NCBI GenBank assembly: GCA_030704615.1
Contig: CM060732.1
Location: forward strand, 3,038,001-3,102,000
Reading direction: 5' to 3'
Origin: Takakia lepidozioides
Lineage: Eukaryota; Plantae; Bryophyta
DNA: 64,000 nt
Shown here: in pieces, positions 24,426-35,374 of the stretch
Layout of the letters: each line of letters begins with the position of its first letter
Numbering within the stretch: the stretch's first letter is position 1
Position numbers and translations under genes: made by a program
The notes under the pieces: generated by a model
What the model saw: the letters and a program-made list of their open reading frames with translations, nothing else
Databases searched by the model: none
Told to the model about the DNA's origin: nothing

Positions 24426-27400
24426 CTACCCATGTGTTGTATCCCGCTGCAAAAGAGTATCGACCTCGTTGAAACTCATAGTGGCCTGGTGAATGAAGTT
24501 GTCACGTTTGGGATCGCAAACCATCCTCCTCAAAAATATGAAATACAAATGTTTGCAGGGTATGAATTTACCTCTCTTGCCCAAACTGGTTGATAGCATA
24601 TTCACAAAATCAGGACATGTGCAATTGGGGAAATTGGAAACCGTGATGTCGTAGGTCCTGTCATGAACAGCAGATGTGGAAGTGATGATTGTGAATACCC
24701 GACCATATCCTGGATCGGGTACTTCCGTGGTGCTTCCAACACGAGCTTGGAGCATTCTTGCGGACTCCACTTTGCCAAAGTGTTCAGCGGTTGGAGGGAA
24801 ACGCCGAACGAGCTTTCCATCTCGTTTGGTTGGCCACAAGTCAGGATTTGCCGGGGGACCCGGGAGGACGCAGGAGTAGTAGCACATGCATGGAGTTGGG
24901 GTTGTCTCGCAAGGGAAAAACCTGCCTCCTCCAGCATTTCAATCTCCTGAAAGCTGAGATGTGTTCCCACCTTCACGGGCCAAACGGTTGGAGGAGATGG
25001 CTTCATCACTACGGAAGGACGCACAGTTCCATGCACACATCTGGCACAATCATCTGCGCAGAACCAGAACTTGTGGTTCTTGGCTTCTGGTTGACCGTAT
25101 GGACGCATCAAGCCCGTGAAAGTCGGAGCAGGAGTTCGGGCACCACCTCTGGATATAGATGAAGTGCACTTCTCGAAATTAGTTGCCCTGATCGCTGTAC
25201 ATTTCACACGAGACCCGACACTTGTGCGTTCTATGTGCCAAACGTGGTCGGGGCATGCGGACTCAAGCACATCAAGGGGGTTGTTTCTCTCCTGCACCAT
25301 TTCAGTGGCACGGTTTGATGCTGGAGCTTGCCGTCGTGTTGGAGGTTCCTCCACAATGGAGGTTCCGGACACGGAGCTGTCATGCAGGGGAACACGAGGC
25401 TTCGAGAAGTTATCACGGTCTGCCCTGTGGGAATCTGAATCCGAACCAGGTGGAGTGTTCAATTTCCTCTTACAGGAGCCGAATCTCTCCTCCCCTTCAA
25501 GATGTGGAACTCTAGAAACAAGTGGCGTTCCCTGGGCATACATGCTCACCGCCCGTGCTATCTTGATTGGATCCCCAGATCTGTTTGCAGCACGCAACAT
25601 CAACTCCGATTTGTCCGGACCCTTGCCACCAACCCCACCTCGTAAGAAATCACGGTATCGGGTTTGTTGTTGCAAGGCACGTATCAAATCATCTGTTGTT
25701 GCCACATACAAATCCCGACCTCGTTTCCCAGACTGCTGCAACCATGCATTGTGCACAGTTTCTGCCAAATTGCAAGATGGCATGTCTGCCATTTCCTCAA
25801 TGGACATGTTCTGCAAAGAGGATAACCACACTTCAGAATAGTGCACAGGAAACAACATAAAGAAAGCAACAAAAATATGGAAAGCAAATGTATGAATAAA
25901 GCATGAAATAGAAGCCTCGTACCATTGTCATGGCTGCTCCCCACTGTCTATACCGGAAGTGCCAAAACGCCAGCCAATCTTCCAATGCTCTCATACTCTC
26001 AAGTGATGCAGCTCCAGAAGAGAACCACCAGGCACGAATTGTCTGGAACAAAGTGTCCGCCTCCTTCATTGTTCTAGCATCTTTGTACTCTTTGCACAAT
26101 TTACGGTGCTGAGTCTGCATCTCTGGTTTGATGTCCGACTTTGTATGTTTTTCCAGAGATTGTGTCCAATGGAATAGACATGTACGCTCTCTTCCTGGCA
26201 TAGGCACTTTTGGGTCGCCCGATCCGAAGACAATACGAATAGCATTGAAATTTGCTTGAGCACTATCCGCCATGAAACCTGCGAAATTTGGAGATGGCAG
26301 CCCATGGCAGCCCATGACACGTATCAGGGAATTCCACATGAGCTTCTGGGATTCCGTATCCTCGGATTGCATGTCACAAACTGCAATTGTCATAACTCGT
26401 TGGTACACTGGATCGTAGACATGACAAGCCATTGTCGTCCAATCCTTCACTCGTTTCACATGATCAAACATAAGAAAACAGTTCTGCAAGTCCCCAGTCT
26501 TCTGCATCCGCTTCACGAGGCTAACCCCACTGCCCTCCCCAACAGTCGACATTTTGAAAAGAAAAACTTTGATGGCACCTTGACCTGGGAATACATTGTC
26601 CTGGATGTAATCGTACTTGCTCAGTCGTTTCAATTCCAAAATATTGTCTATGTAGCCTCTGATCCCAGAGCCCATTCTCAATGCATTGATCTGATGCCGA
26701 ATGTTAGGTGAACTTAAAGTGGAGAAATGATCCATGACCAGGTCCAATGCTGCACCGTCAAGTTTAGTCCCCACAGAATCTCCTTCACTCAAAATATGGC
26801 TTTCCAAGAAGGACTTGCTTGCGCCAAGAGCAATTGCAGATGTTGTTGCGGATGGGTTTCTCCCGAACTCCTGTTTGATCAACCTCGATACTGTCTCAAC
26901 ACTCTCCCTGTAATCCCCCTTCGAGACAGGATGGTTATGGAATCCAAAATGCACACAAGCTCTCGTCATTGTATTCAAACGGTGGACAACATAGTACATT
27001 CTTGCTCCGCAGAGCGCCAAGCAGGATGGCACAAGTTTGCAGAATTTGCAGACGAAAGTGTTTGCCGGTGGAGGGGCAGTCCCAGGCTGAAATGGATTCT
27101 CCGCCAGACCCTCCCATTCGCTTTGATTATGAACTCCAGACTGAAGAAAGTGTCTGCAATTCAAATTATCACACCTAAGGTGTCCATTGCAAACTGTCCT
27201 CCTGAAAACAAGCTTGTCATCATTCTGAATATTGGATGTTTTTGTTCTGCACCACGGGTGCCCGTCGTGTTTCTTGTCCATTCCATGCATCATGATTGTT
27301 ACACCTCCAACTCGCGGAGGAGGAGGCAGCTCGAATAGGATATCGCCATCAAAAGTCTCCGGCAAGAACTTCACAGGCACCTGCTTCAAAGATTCCCAAT

Positions 27401-27935
27401 CAATTCCCCGCAACTCACTTTTGAATCCAGCCATTCCTCCCATCGCCCGCAATTTTGGAATGACACTACAAATCTCTTCTTCATCAGCTTCTGCAACCAC
27501 AGTAGGAAGGACTGGATTTGGAATTTCACTTATGTCATCATCGGAAGAATCCGAAAGCTCAACGATTGGAGTGGAGGAAGTCTGTTCTTTTTTCACCACC
27601 ACCTCCCTCTTGTCTTCAACGACCGAAGCAGCAGTCCCGGGCGTCACATATGACCCAAGGGACTTTCGCCGAGGCTCTCCAAGTACTCTGTATCGACCAG
27701 GACGCACTCTCCACTGGCTGATATGAGCCGTCTCATCACGGTTTTGGAAAGAATATTTCACCAACTTCCCTTTCAGATCGTAAACCTCTTTCTCCAAAAA
27801 GATGGAGCCATTCTGCAGCTGAAAACGGGTAGCCAAGACATGTTCCAGAACAATTGCAAATCCATTGTCAAGGACTTCCTGGGAGAACGGCACTGGTTTG
27901 TCGTCTGAGAAGAACTCCGCTTCAGAGGAAGCCAT
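24426..27935 (-). CDS. MULE-family DDE transposase with N-terminal GCM/WRKY-like Zn finger and C-terminal SWIM finger (~1130 aa; one frameshift)
   Basis: Exon 1 is 27935-25923 and exon 2 is 25810-24426, with a phase-0 GT-AG intron. Motifs: DGHPW...RRTVCNGHLRC...HFGFHNHP (GCM/WRKY-like); FDHVKR; FMADSAQANFNA...TCLFHWTQ; CNLAETVHN (third catalytic acid); CTCPDF...PCKH (SWIM). One added C in the C5 run at 24853-24857 restores a continuous ORF. Confidence 0.85.
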
Positions 27936-28684
27936 CTTCCTTCCTCGAGTATGTTTGTACCTTGCTATCGCAGATCTAGTGTAAATCGGTTTACTGCTGT
28001 CTCCAGAACACAGTTGAAGAATGAGCAGAGCATATGGCGGAGGAAGCTCAGATAACGACTGTGCATATTCTGTTATTCATTCCAGATATGCAGCCGTCCA
28101 TTTTAATTACTTTTCTTGTGGGCCCAGTGGTCAGAGAATCCATAGGGGCAGTGTCGGCAACTGTTAAACCGTTAATCAGAACCTCATCAATAAACCCAAT
28201 AACAAAGCCGACTTCCTGGAAGCATGCCACAGGATCCGAGAATGGGATTGCAGATTAAGTAAATGTATCTATATACTACTACCAATGATCATGCGCACCT
28301 GGAAAGTTCCAAATGTGCAACGAATGTGGGGTTTGGATAACAAGGATGACCGTGTATGATATTCCAAAATTTGTCATCAAACTCTCGTTCATTTATATTT
28401 ATTTGTTTAAGACTGCGCATCAATTTCTGGGATTCGCTGTTCTTTTTAAATATTGAACCAGTTATAATTTAGAACACGCCGTTTTGTTTTGGGCGGCACA
28501 CGTCAGACATCCATAACTGAATACGAACAGCTGTACACCAATTGCTGGCATGTGCACTAATATCGAAACGACTATGTGTAACGGTCACGCGGGAGGGAAT
28601 CCGATGCTTCTAGAGACACGCAAGAACACAGGCAATCCCGCAAGAAATCGGGAGTCACTGCGTTTTTCTACTTTTCGCGCTTAG
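27936..28684. promoter_or_regulatory. Putative bidirectional promoter region between the transposase and the cargo gene
   Basis: Head-to-head gene arrangement, repeated in element B (~38945-39774). Inferred from position only. Confidence 0.4.
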
Positions 28685-31600
28685 AGGGAGAGTGGTAGTC
28701 AAGCTGGAGAGGGTTCCTTCTAGAATACGAAAGAGAAGAAAGTCTCTTTATTTTACTTCCCTTAGAGAGAGACGCAGAGCAAGAGAGAAAATGACGAGGC
28801 GTCGTTTGTTGGAGAACACAGGGCCAAGGCAGCAGGTGAACGCGGAGACTGATTCACAAGAGCAGACGGAGACTGAGGCAGCGGCTGCGACACAGTCGGC
28901 GATAAGAGTGCGCCAGCCTGTGGAGGCAGAGATGAATCGCAGGGACACTGAAGAAGGTGGAAGCACGCGGAACGCCGAACCTGAAGAAGGTCAAGAAACC
29001 CTTGCGCAGACAGAAACTCCAGCAGATGTGAGAGGGAAGAGGAAAGCTGCAGAAGGGGATCAAAGTTCAAAACCTAAGAAGGTGCCAGTAAGTTTTATCA
29101 TATAGTCTATGTGATTGCCTTTCAAGGAGTCCTTCCTCTTCCATTCTTTAGCAGGAACTACTGAATCGCGAGCGTCGTTAACGCCATTCGATTCTGCTCA
29201 TGAGATTTATGTACCTATGTGTTTGAAGAGAGAGTCTGCACTTACTATTCTCCCTAAACTACACTGAATGTCGTTGCCGCCAATCAGTTGCACATATATG
29301 TCATTACACAACACCGATCCGGCAGGTTGTTATCTTTTGTGATTGTCGTTAACGCCGTTCGCTATCGCTCTCACTTTTGTTTTGAATACGGCAGTCTCGG
29401 CTTTGCATGTGTAGATTGTGCTGAATTCTTTCACACCATTCATGGTGAGTTTCCTTGATACAGAGTGATTGTCGTTACCGCCATTCACTATTTGCAAATC
29501 ACTTAGTCAGAACTGAATGGCATCGTGCAGAAAACTGTGAGGTCGAAGCCTACAGGATCAGAGGGGAAAGGATCTGGAGATGGGGACGAGTCCGCAAAAA
29601 GCTCAGAGAATACAGATGAAGCAGATGAATCCGAAGTGCACTACCTTGACAAGGTGAAAGAACTCATGTCATTCCAGAAGGTAAACTCTCAGGAGGTTAT
29701 AAGGGACATGCTCGTATCTGGAGGGCGTCTGGACATACCTCTGTGCCGGATGATATCAATGCCTGTTGTGCGTCCACCTCTTTCCCATGACATAACAAAA
29801 TTGGAGAGTGATTTTGTGCATGGATATAGACTTGGTGCACAAGTTTTTTATGTGTCACTGACGGATATAAATGGGAAAAGCACATTAGTTTCTCCAGAGA
29901 TCAGTGATAACTGGGATGAGTGCTGGAAAGATGCCAATGAGGAGTTCGAGCTGGGCCTCATGATGGGAAAGAACACCCAGCAATTTTGCAACCACATGTT
30001 CTACGTCTGGGACGGCAACCACCGATTGCTGGCATGGATGGGATACATTCAGAAACACCATTCGAAAGACAAAGACAAGCATGTTGCTGTGGAGGCAATG
30101 GTTTTGGATCCAGGAAACGACATCGCTAGGCTTCTTACAGCTATGCACGACGTGAACAAGTAAGTCATCCAGGAGATTTGATTCCCTCTGTAGTGTCTTG
30201 TTGATCCTCAAAAAACAGTGTTAAGGAATGCAATGTTTTCAATGTTTTTGCAGATCGACAGAGAAATCGCATGTGACAACAAGCTTGGTTCACACACTAT
30301 TCCGAATTCAGAGGATTGGTCTGATGAAGCTGGATGATTTTCGGACAGTACTACCACCCAATATCATCAAGAAGTGCGAAACAGGAAGAGCTGCAGGCAC
30401 TTGGTATTCTTTGACACGAGAGGCGTTTCTGGAGTACATGTATGCGGTAAGCCCGAGTCTGTAATCTGTTTACTTTTCGAATACATGTTTAGAGTCCCTT
30501 CGGAGCTAATCACTACTTGAATGAATGCAGCAAGAACTGGCAGAGGCAGCTGAGAAGGGAAAATCCGAATATTACCGCACTACACCAGAGGAACTAAGGA
30601 CATCAAAGGGTGTGGAAGCTGCAATAAAGAAGGAGTTTGAGATGCGAAGAACCAAATTGATGTCAGCCTTCGGAAAGCAGCTTAGAATAGTAGATCCTGG
30701 ACTTGGTCCTGAGTTCCTTCAGCAGATCAAAACACACTATGACAAGCATGTGCATCCGGAGATGCAGCAGGAGAAATTGCACCGGCTGGCCATATCGATG
30801 GTCGACCCACAAACAAAAATAAGGTGGCTGGAGATATGGAACTCAGATCAAACAGTAAAGGACTTGAATCAGTTCCCAAAGAGCACCATACAGCCTGGCA
30901 CAAAGGTGGAAGGAATCAGTGATTTGGTGTTTGATAACTGGCTCCACAAGGCTACATTTTGGAGTCAGGTGTGTATTCGAACATGCTGTTTCTTCTCTTC
31001 AAGTATGTGATGTGTTTCTTTTTTGCAATTCTGACAAATATACTATTTGCAGCTCGAAAAGCGCGCCGTCATTGTGCTGGATCAGACTTTGAAGGACCTG
31101 AACATTGCGATTGTTTCCCCTCCCCAAATGTCATTGGAGGCATACATAAGGAAGTGGAGAGGTCTCACCTGGAGATACTGTTTTTTCCGGGAGTTCTCCA
31201 AAGATGGTAACATTTTACGGTCCAACGACTTTGACAGTCAGGTTGGAGGAGAGTGGGCCATGATGCGAGTTGTGTACAGGTGAAATGTCATACTTGAAAC
31301 TCTACTGTTTTTTTGGGAAAAATTGTGGCTTCATATGGATTGCAATCTTAGATCCAGATTGAATGTCGTTGACGACATTCACTTCTTTGTCTGAGTCATT
31401 CTTAAGCGAGTATATGAATTCACCTGGTTAGGATCTAAGGGTGCAATTATATTGTCCCTGATTAGAATTGATAATGTCCTTGAATGGCGTTGACGACATT
31501 CACATACGGAGTTGTTGTGCGGTCCTCAAGGTTATTTAAATTTTTGTAATGTCCATAGAGGATACAATGAGGGTTGATCACTTCATTTTGCTGAATGTCA

Positions 31601-34424
31601 ATGCAGACATTCAGTTGTTCTGCATTGTTTTTTCCTCTTGCGATGAATATGGAGGCTTCATAAGCTCTGTTTTAAGAAATCCAAAGTGAATGTCGTTGAC
31701 GACATTCACAGCTGTGTCTGTATTATTAAAAAACGACAAATTCAATTTCATGGATTGGGGAGCTAAGTAATTGGTTTCTTTTTTGTATTTTTGTGAATGG
31801 CGTTGACGCCATTCACATACAGTGATGTTGTGAGGTCCTCAGTGATAGGTTCGTTATGAATGTGCATTGAGTTTTCCTGGATGGTTCCTTACTCAATTTT
31901 TTTATTTCCATCCTGTGATTTTGCTTCATTTCAGTAATAATTTGGCTTCATTCTTGAATGTCGTTGACGACATTCACTTCTATGTCTGTGTCATTTCTAA
32001 TCGCTTATTTGCATTCACCTGGATTAGGATGTATTTACAGTGTCATGGAATGGAATGTTCTGAATGGCGTTGACGACATTCATATCTGGAGCAGTAGTGT
32101 GGTCCTGAAAGGTCCTTGGAGCAGTTGTCAGAGCCATTTCAATCCATGTTTTATTCTTTCTGTTCTACTTGCATCTTACTCACTGAGCGCTTTTGTGGGT
32201 TGGGATTCATCTCCTTTTTTCAGGTACACGAAATATGTGCTTATGGAAGGAAATCACCTGAGCGGAATTCCCGACTATCTTGACATGTGGTCGGACCCTG
32301 CAAACGATCCAACCATGTATACTGCAGGGATATTGAAGGACTGGAGTCCTTCTCACTTCAGAGACTGTGGGTGGTACCTTGACTGCCCACCTGAGCACAC
32401 GACCTTTCAAGAACAGCATATGAAATACTTGAACAATAACGCTGAGATGCTGGCGCCTTTGACTGACGAAGAGTATCAACGAAACATAGCAACCTTGGCT
32501 GCCAAGGAGCCTGATGCTCAGGGAACGCCGCAGAAGGGAAAGAAGGCGGGCCGCAAACCAAAAGACAAGGCTGTTGATGTCATAGCCATCTCACCAGCAA
32601 AGCCAAAGGACAAAGACAAGTCCAAAGAGAAGGAAAAGGACAAGGGGAAGGAGAATGAAAAGGAGATGGAGAGTGGGCAGGACTTTACTGCTGGAAGATA
32701 TACCCGCACTCTTCAGTGCGTGTTCGATGCCAAGCCACACCCTTCCCGTTCTGATTCAGCAGGAGAGATGAAAATTGTTAATGAGGGTTGGCTTTCGATG
32801 ATGCAGAGTCGAAAGAGAGGATACACTGGGGTGCCATCCCCTACCTGGGACAATATAATCTCATTCCTCAATCTGGTGAGAATTCCATTTTCTTTCCTTT
32901 TTCTCTGAATGTTTCGTTGGCAGTATTTCAGTCTCGTTCTTTGAAAACATTCTTGCCATCGTTCTTATAAAAAACATGTCTGTTGCAGGTGAGCACAGGT
33001 CCCACCTTCGTGTGCGGTGTGCAGAAAACTTATGCGGCCGACATTGTCATTCTCGACATCCCGGATGGCCAGGCTGTGCCAGAAGTTCTTCCAAAGGGCA
33101 AGACGCCAGGGTGGAACAAATTCGAGGACAACTACTGGAGTTGGGTATTCGGGTTCTGTAACAATTTCCTCTCTGATGCAGGGACACTTCTGCTTTTTCA
33201 GTCATGTGACAATGATAGTCGTCGGGCATTGGCATCATACCTCAAGTCTTCAGGGTTTGAAGTTTTGCGCACATGGAATTGTGTGAACAGCCTCTACCTT
33301 GTGAAAGGGGTTTCCCTGGTCAGCTGGTATGCCGTCTGCCTTCTGCTTATGCTTTGATCATGAGTTTCAATTTTCTCTGCAGCTCCACTCTAGTAGAATG
33401 TTTTATGATCGACACCGATCATCAACGATTCATGGTTTTTTGGTGTCAGAGTTCTGAATAGCCGATGTACACACTTCCACTTTAGATTGTGTTTACCACA
33501 CTAACCTGCTATCTTTGGCAGACGAGGATGTTCGAGGCGATCTGCCTGCGGAGGATTCGCACATCAAAGACACCATCCTCCATCCGCAGCTTTGAGATTT
33601 CTGACCAGGGTTGTTTCGTCAACCCCCCCTATGAGCCCCATGTCGATGACATTTTGTACAACTTCATGCAGTCCAGTCAGACTCTGAAGAGACCAGATGG
33701 CACTCCCTGGAGAGGTGCAAAGGAAAAGTCACCAGCATTCATGCAAATACTGCTGGAGTCATGCAGCCACCGCTCTGCACGGGTGGTCGATCTTTCTGTG
33801 TCCACAGGTTCGTTTTCTCCTTCCGAATTGGTTTCCTTTCAACAGTTTCATCTGCTTAAATCCCCTCCTCCAAACTGTTTATGTTCTCCTGTCTGGTGCA
33901 GGAGCAACTTACCACGCATGCAAGGCAGGCGGAAGAAGCCTTTTTGGTATGGAGGGTGATTCTGACCTCTACAACACAGTGCTCCTCCCCCTTTTGTCTG
34001 GCTCCACTTCAGGCACACAGACTGATCGGATTCATATTCGAAATGATGACGATCCCGAAGATAAGCAGGTCGACAACGACTTTTCATGTGAGTAAGTGCT
34101 AAACCCTCTTTGGGAGTCATACTCAATTTCTCGATAACATCAAAGTTACAGTAATAACTTTTTCAGGCTGTCTTTCAGGAAAGCCAGCGGTGGATCTTCA
34201 GGAGATACAGTCATTTCTGGCGAGTCTGTTTTCGACAGCCCCCTTTCCAATTTTCTGCTCCCTGTTTATGCCGAAGCAATGGCACTTCACGCGTCCGAGT
34301 CCCTATCCCCTGACTTTTTAGTGGCCAGCCGTAGGTGTATCCGCGTGGATCCGGTGTTCTAAAATACTTAGACTTAGATGCAGAGGAAGAGGGGATACAT
34401 TGTACTGACTCTGAGTCAGACTGA
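28685..34424 (+). CDS. ParB/Srx-like domain + beta-class N4C/N6A DNA-methyltransferase-like protein (10 exons, ~1170 aa)
   Basis: Phase-consistent GT-AG exons: ~28685-29087, 29531-30159, 30254-30446, 30531-30968, 31053-31279, 32224-32875, 32989-33318, 33522-33807, 33902-34091 and 34179-34362 (a homologous tail runs to 34424 after a probable frameshift). ParB-like motifs: IPLCRMISMPVVRP...L..DF..G and WDGNHRLLAW. MTase-like motifs: ADIVILDIPDG, YWSW...FLSDAG and KEKSPAFMQILLESCS...VVDLSVSTGATYHAC...GRSLFGMEGD. The true start may lie in an unseen upstream exon. Confidence 0.8.
29165..29490. repeat. Degenerate palindrome array in intron 1 of cargo gene A
   Basis: About 4 copies resembling TGAWTGTCGTTRMCGCCATTCA at ~29170, 29265, 29340 and 29466, spaced ~75-125 bp apart. 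Confidence 0.7.
31360..32082. repeat. Array of seven 22-bp palindromes (TGAATGTCGT-TG-ACGACATTCA) in intron 5 of cargo gene A
   Basis: Copies start at 31360, 31481, 31592, 31687, 31794, 31955 and 32061. The spacers are strongly diverged. Confidence 0.9.
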
Positions 34425-35004
34425 ACTGTATTCTTTTAATATTCATTTTCATATTATCTGGAAACGTTGAATCCCCTTACTCTACCGTAGTTGTTCCTTT
34501 AGAACAAATAATAATCACAGAATCAACTTTCGTTTAAATTGCTATATGTATGAATCCATCTCACAAACCTTCCTGACTCTTCTCATATCCATTGTGCATT
34601 CATCTACACTGTATTCATGCGTGCTCCATTCATGAAAGCTTCCTTTGTACAACATCCATTGTACATTCATCCTCTGTACTCTTTAATCCACCCCACAAAC
34701 CTTCCACACTCATTTCATATACTTTGTGCATTCGTCAAAAGATTTGGTCATGCATCTTCCTGTCATGAATTTTTGTCATTGCTCAACATCCATTATACAT
34801 TCATCCATTTTACTCTTATCCATCCGTCATTCATCCATCTACATAGATTTTTCAAACTCATCCATCTGTTTATCATCCAACTGTACATTCATCCATCATT
34901 TATTCAATGCCTTTTATTATGTCGTCCAGCTTGTTTCCGCGGTAAAGGGTGCCAATCCGCGGGAATACACTCCACTTCTTTCTGGGTGCGTGGTGACTCG
35001 GCCT

Positions 35005-35128
35005 CCACGTGTGATGACGTGGACTGAGACCCGTGACGTGGCATTTGCGCAAGGTGACGTGGCGTGAGCGCAGTCGCGCTCACGCGCTCACGCGCTCACG
35101 TGACCAGGCTCACGCCGAGGCATCCCTG
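35005..35128. repeat. Right terminal repeats of element A
   Basis: TGACGTGG x3 and tandem CGCTCACG, inverted relative to the left end. Confidence 0.7.
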
Positions 35129-35374
35129 CAAAGCGGGCCCCACCATGCACCATGTCTGCAATGCCTGCACAAAAAGAGGAATATGAAAATATAGCAGATT
35201 TGAGCTCAGAATGATTGACACACTTTATTTCAATTCACAGATAGACGCTTATAATGAATGGCATGTGCATTTGCCCTGGTTCCGCGAACGAAATGTATAT
35301 GTTTGTCCTAAATGCAAAGTCTTTACACGGTAACCTGGAAACCAGCATGGGAAGCGGGCATGGCTTGTATGTGT

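Larger units (their letters stand above)
23651..35128. mobile_element. Mutator-like DNA transposon A (~11.5 kb) carrying a transposase and a ParB-MTase cargo gene; ends approximate
   Basis: Two divergent genes bounded by GC-rich ends. GCGTGAGC motifs are mostly forward at the left end and mostly inverted at the right. cggcgtgagcc at 23662-23672 pairs with ggctcacgccg at 35107-35117, and 23819-23862 pairs imperfectly with ~35061-35117. No TSD found. Confidence 0.75.

Noticed and set aside
25116-27726. Long + strand ORFs overlapping the transposase
   Set aside because: Antisense shadows of the transposase reading frame.
31360-32082. CRISPR array interpretation of the regularly spaced palindromes
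   Set aside because: The spacers are 70-140 bp, uneven and partly homologous to each other. There are no cas genes and the array lies in a spliceosomal intron.
34540-34915. His/Ile-rich ORFs
   Set aside because: Low-complexity CATC/CATT-rich sequence downstream of cargo gene A, not credible as proteins.
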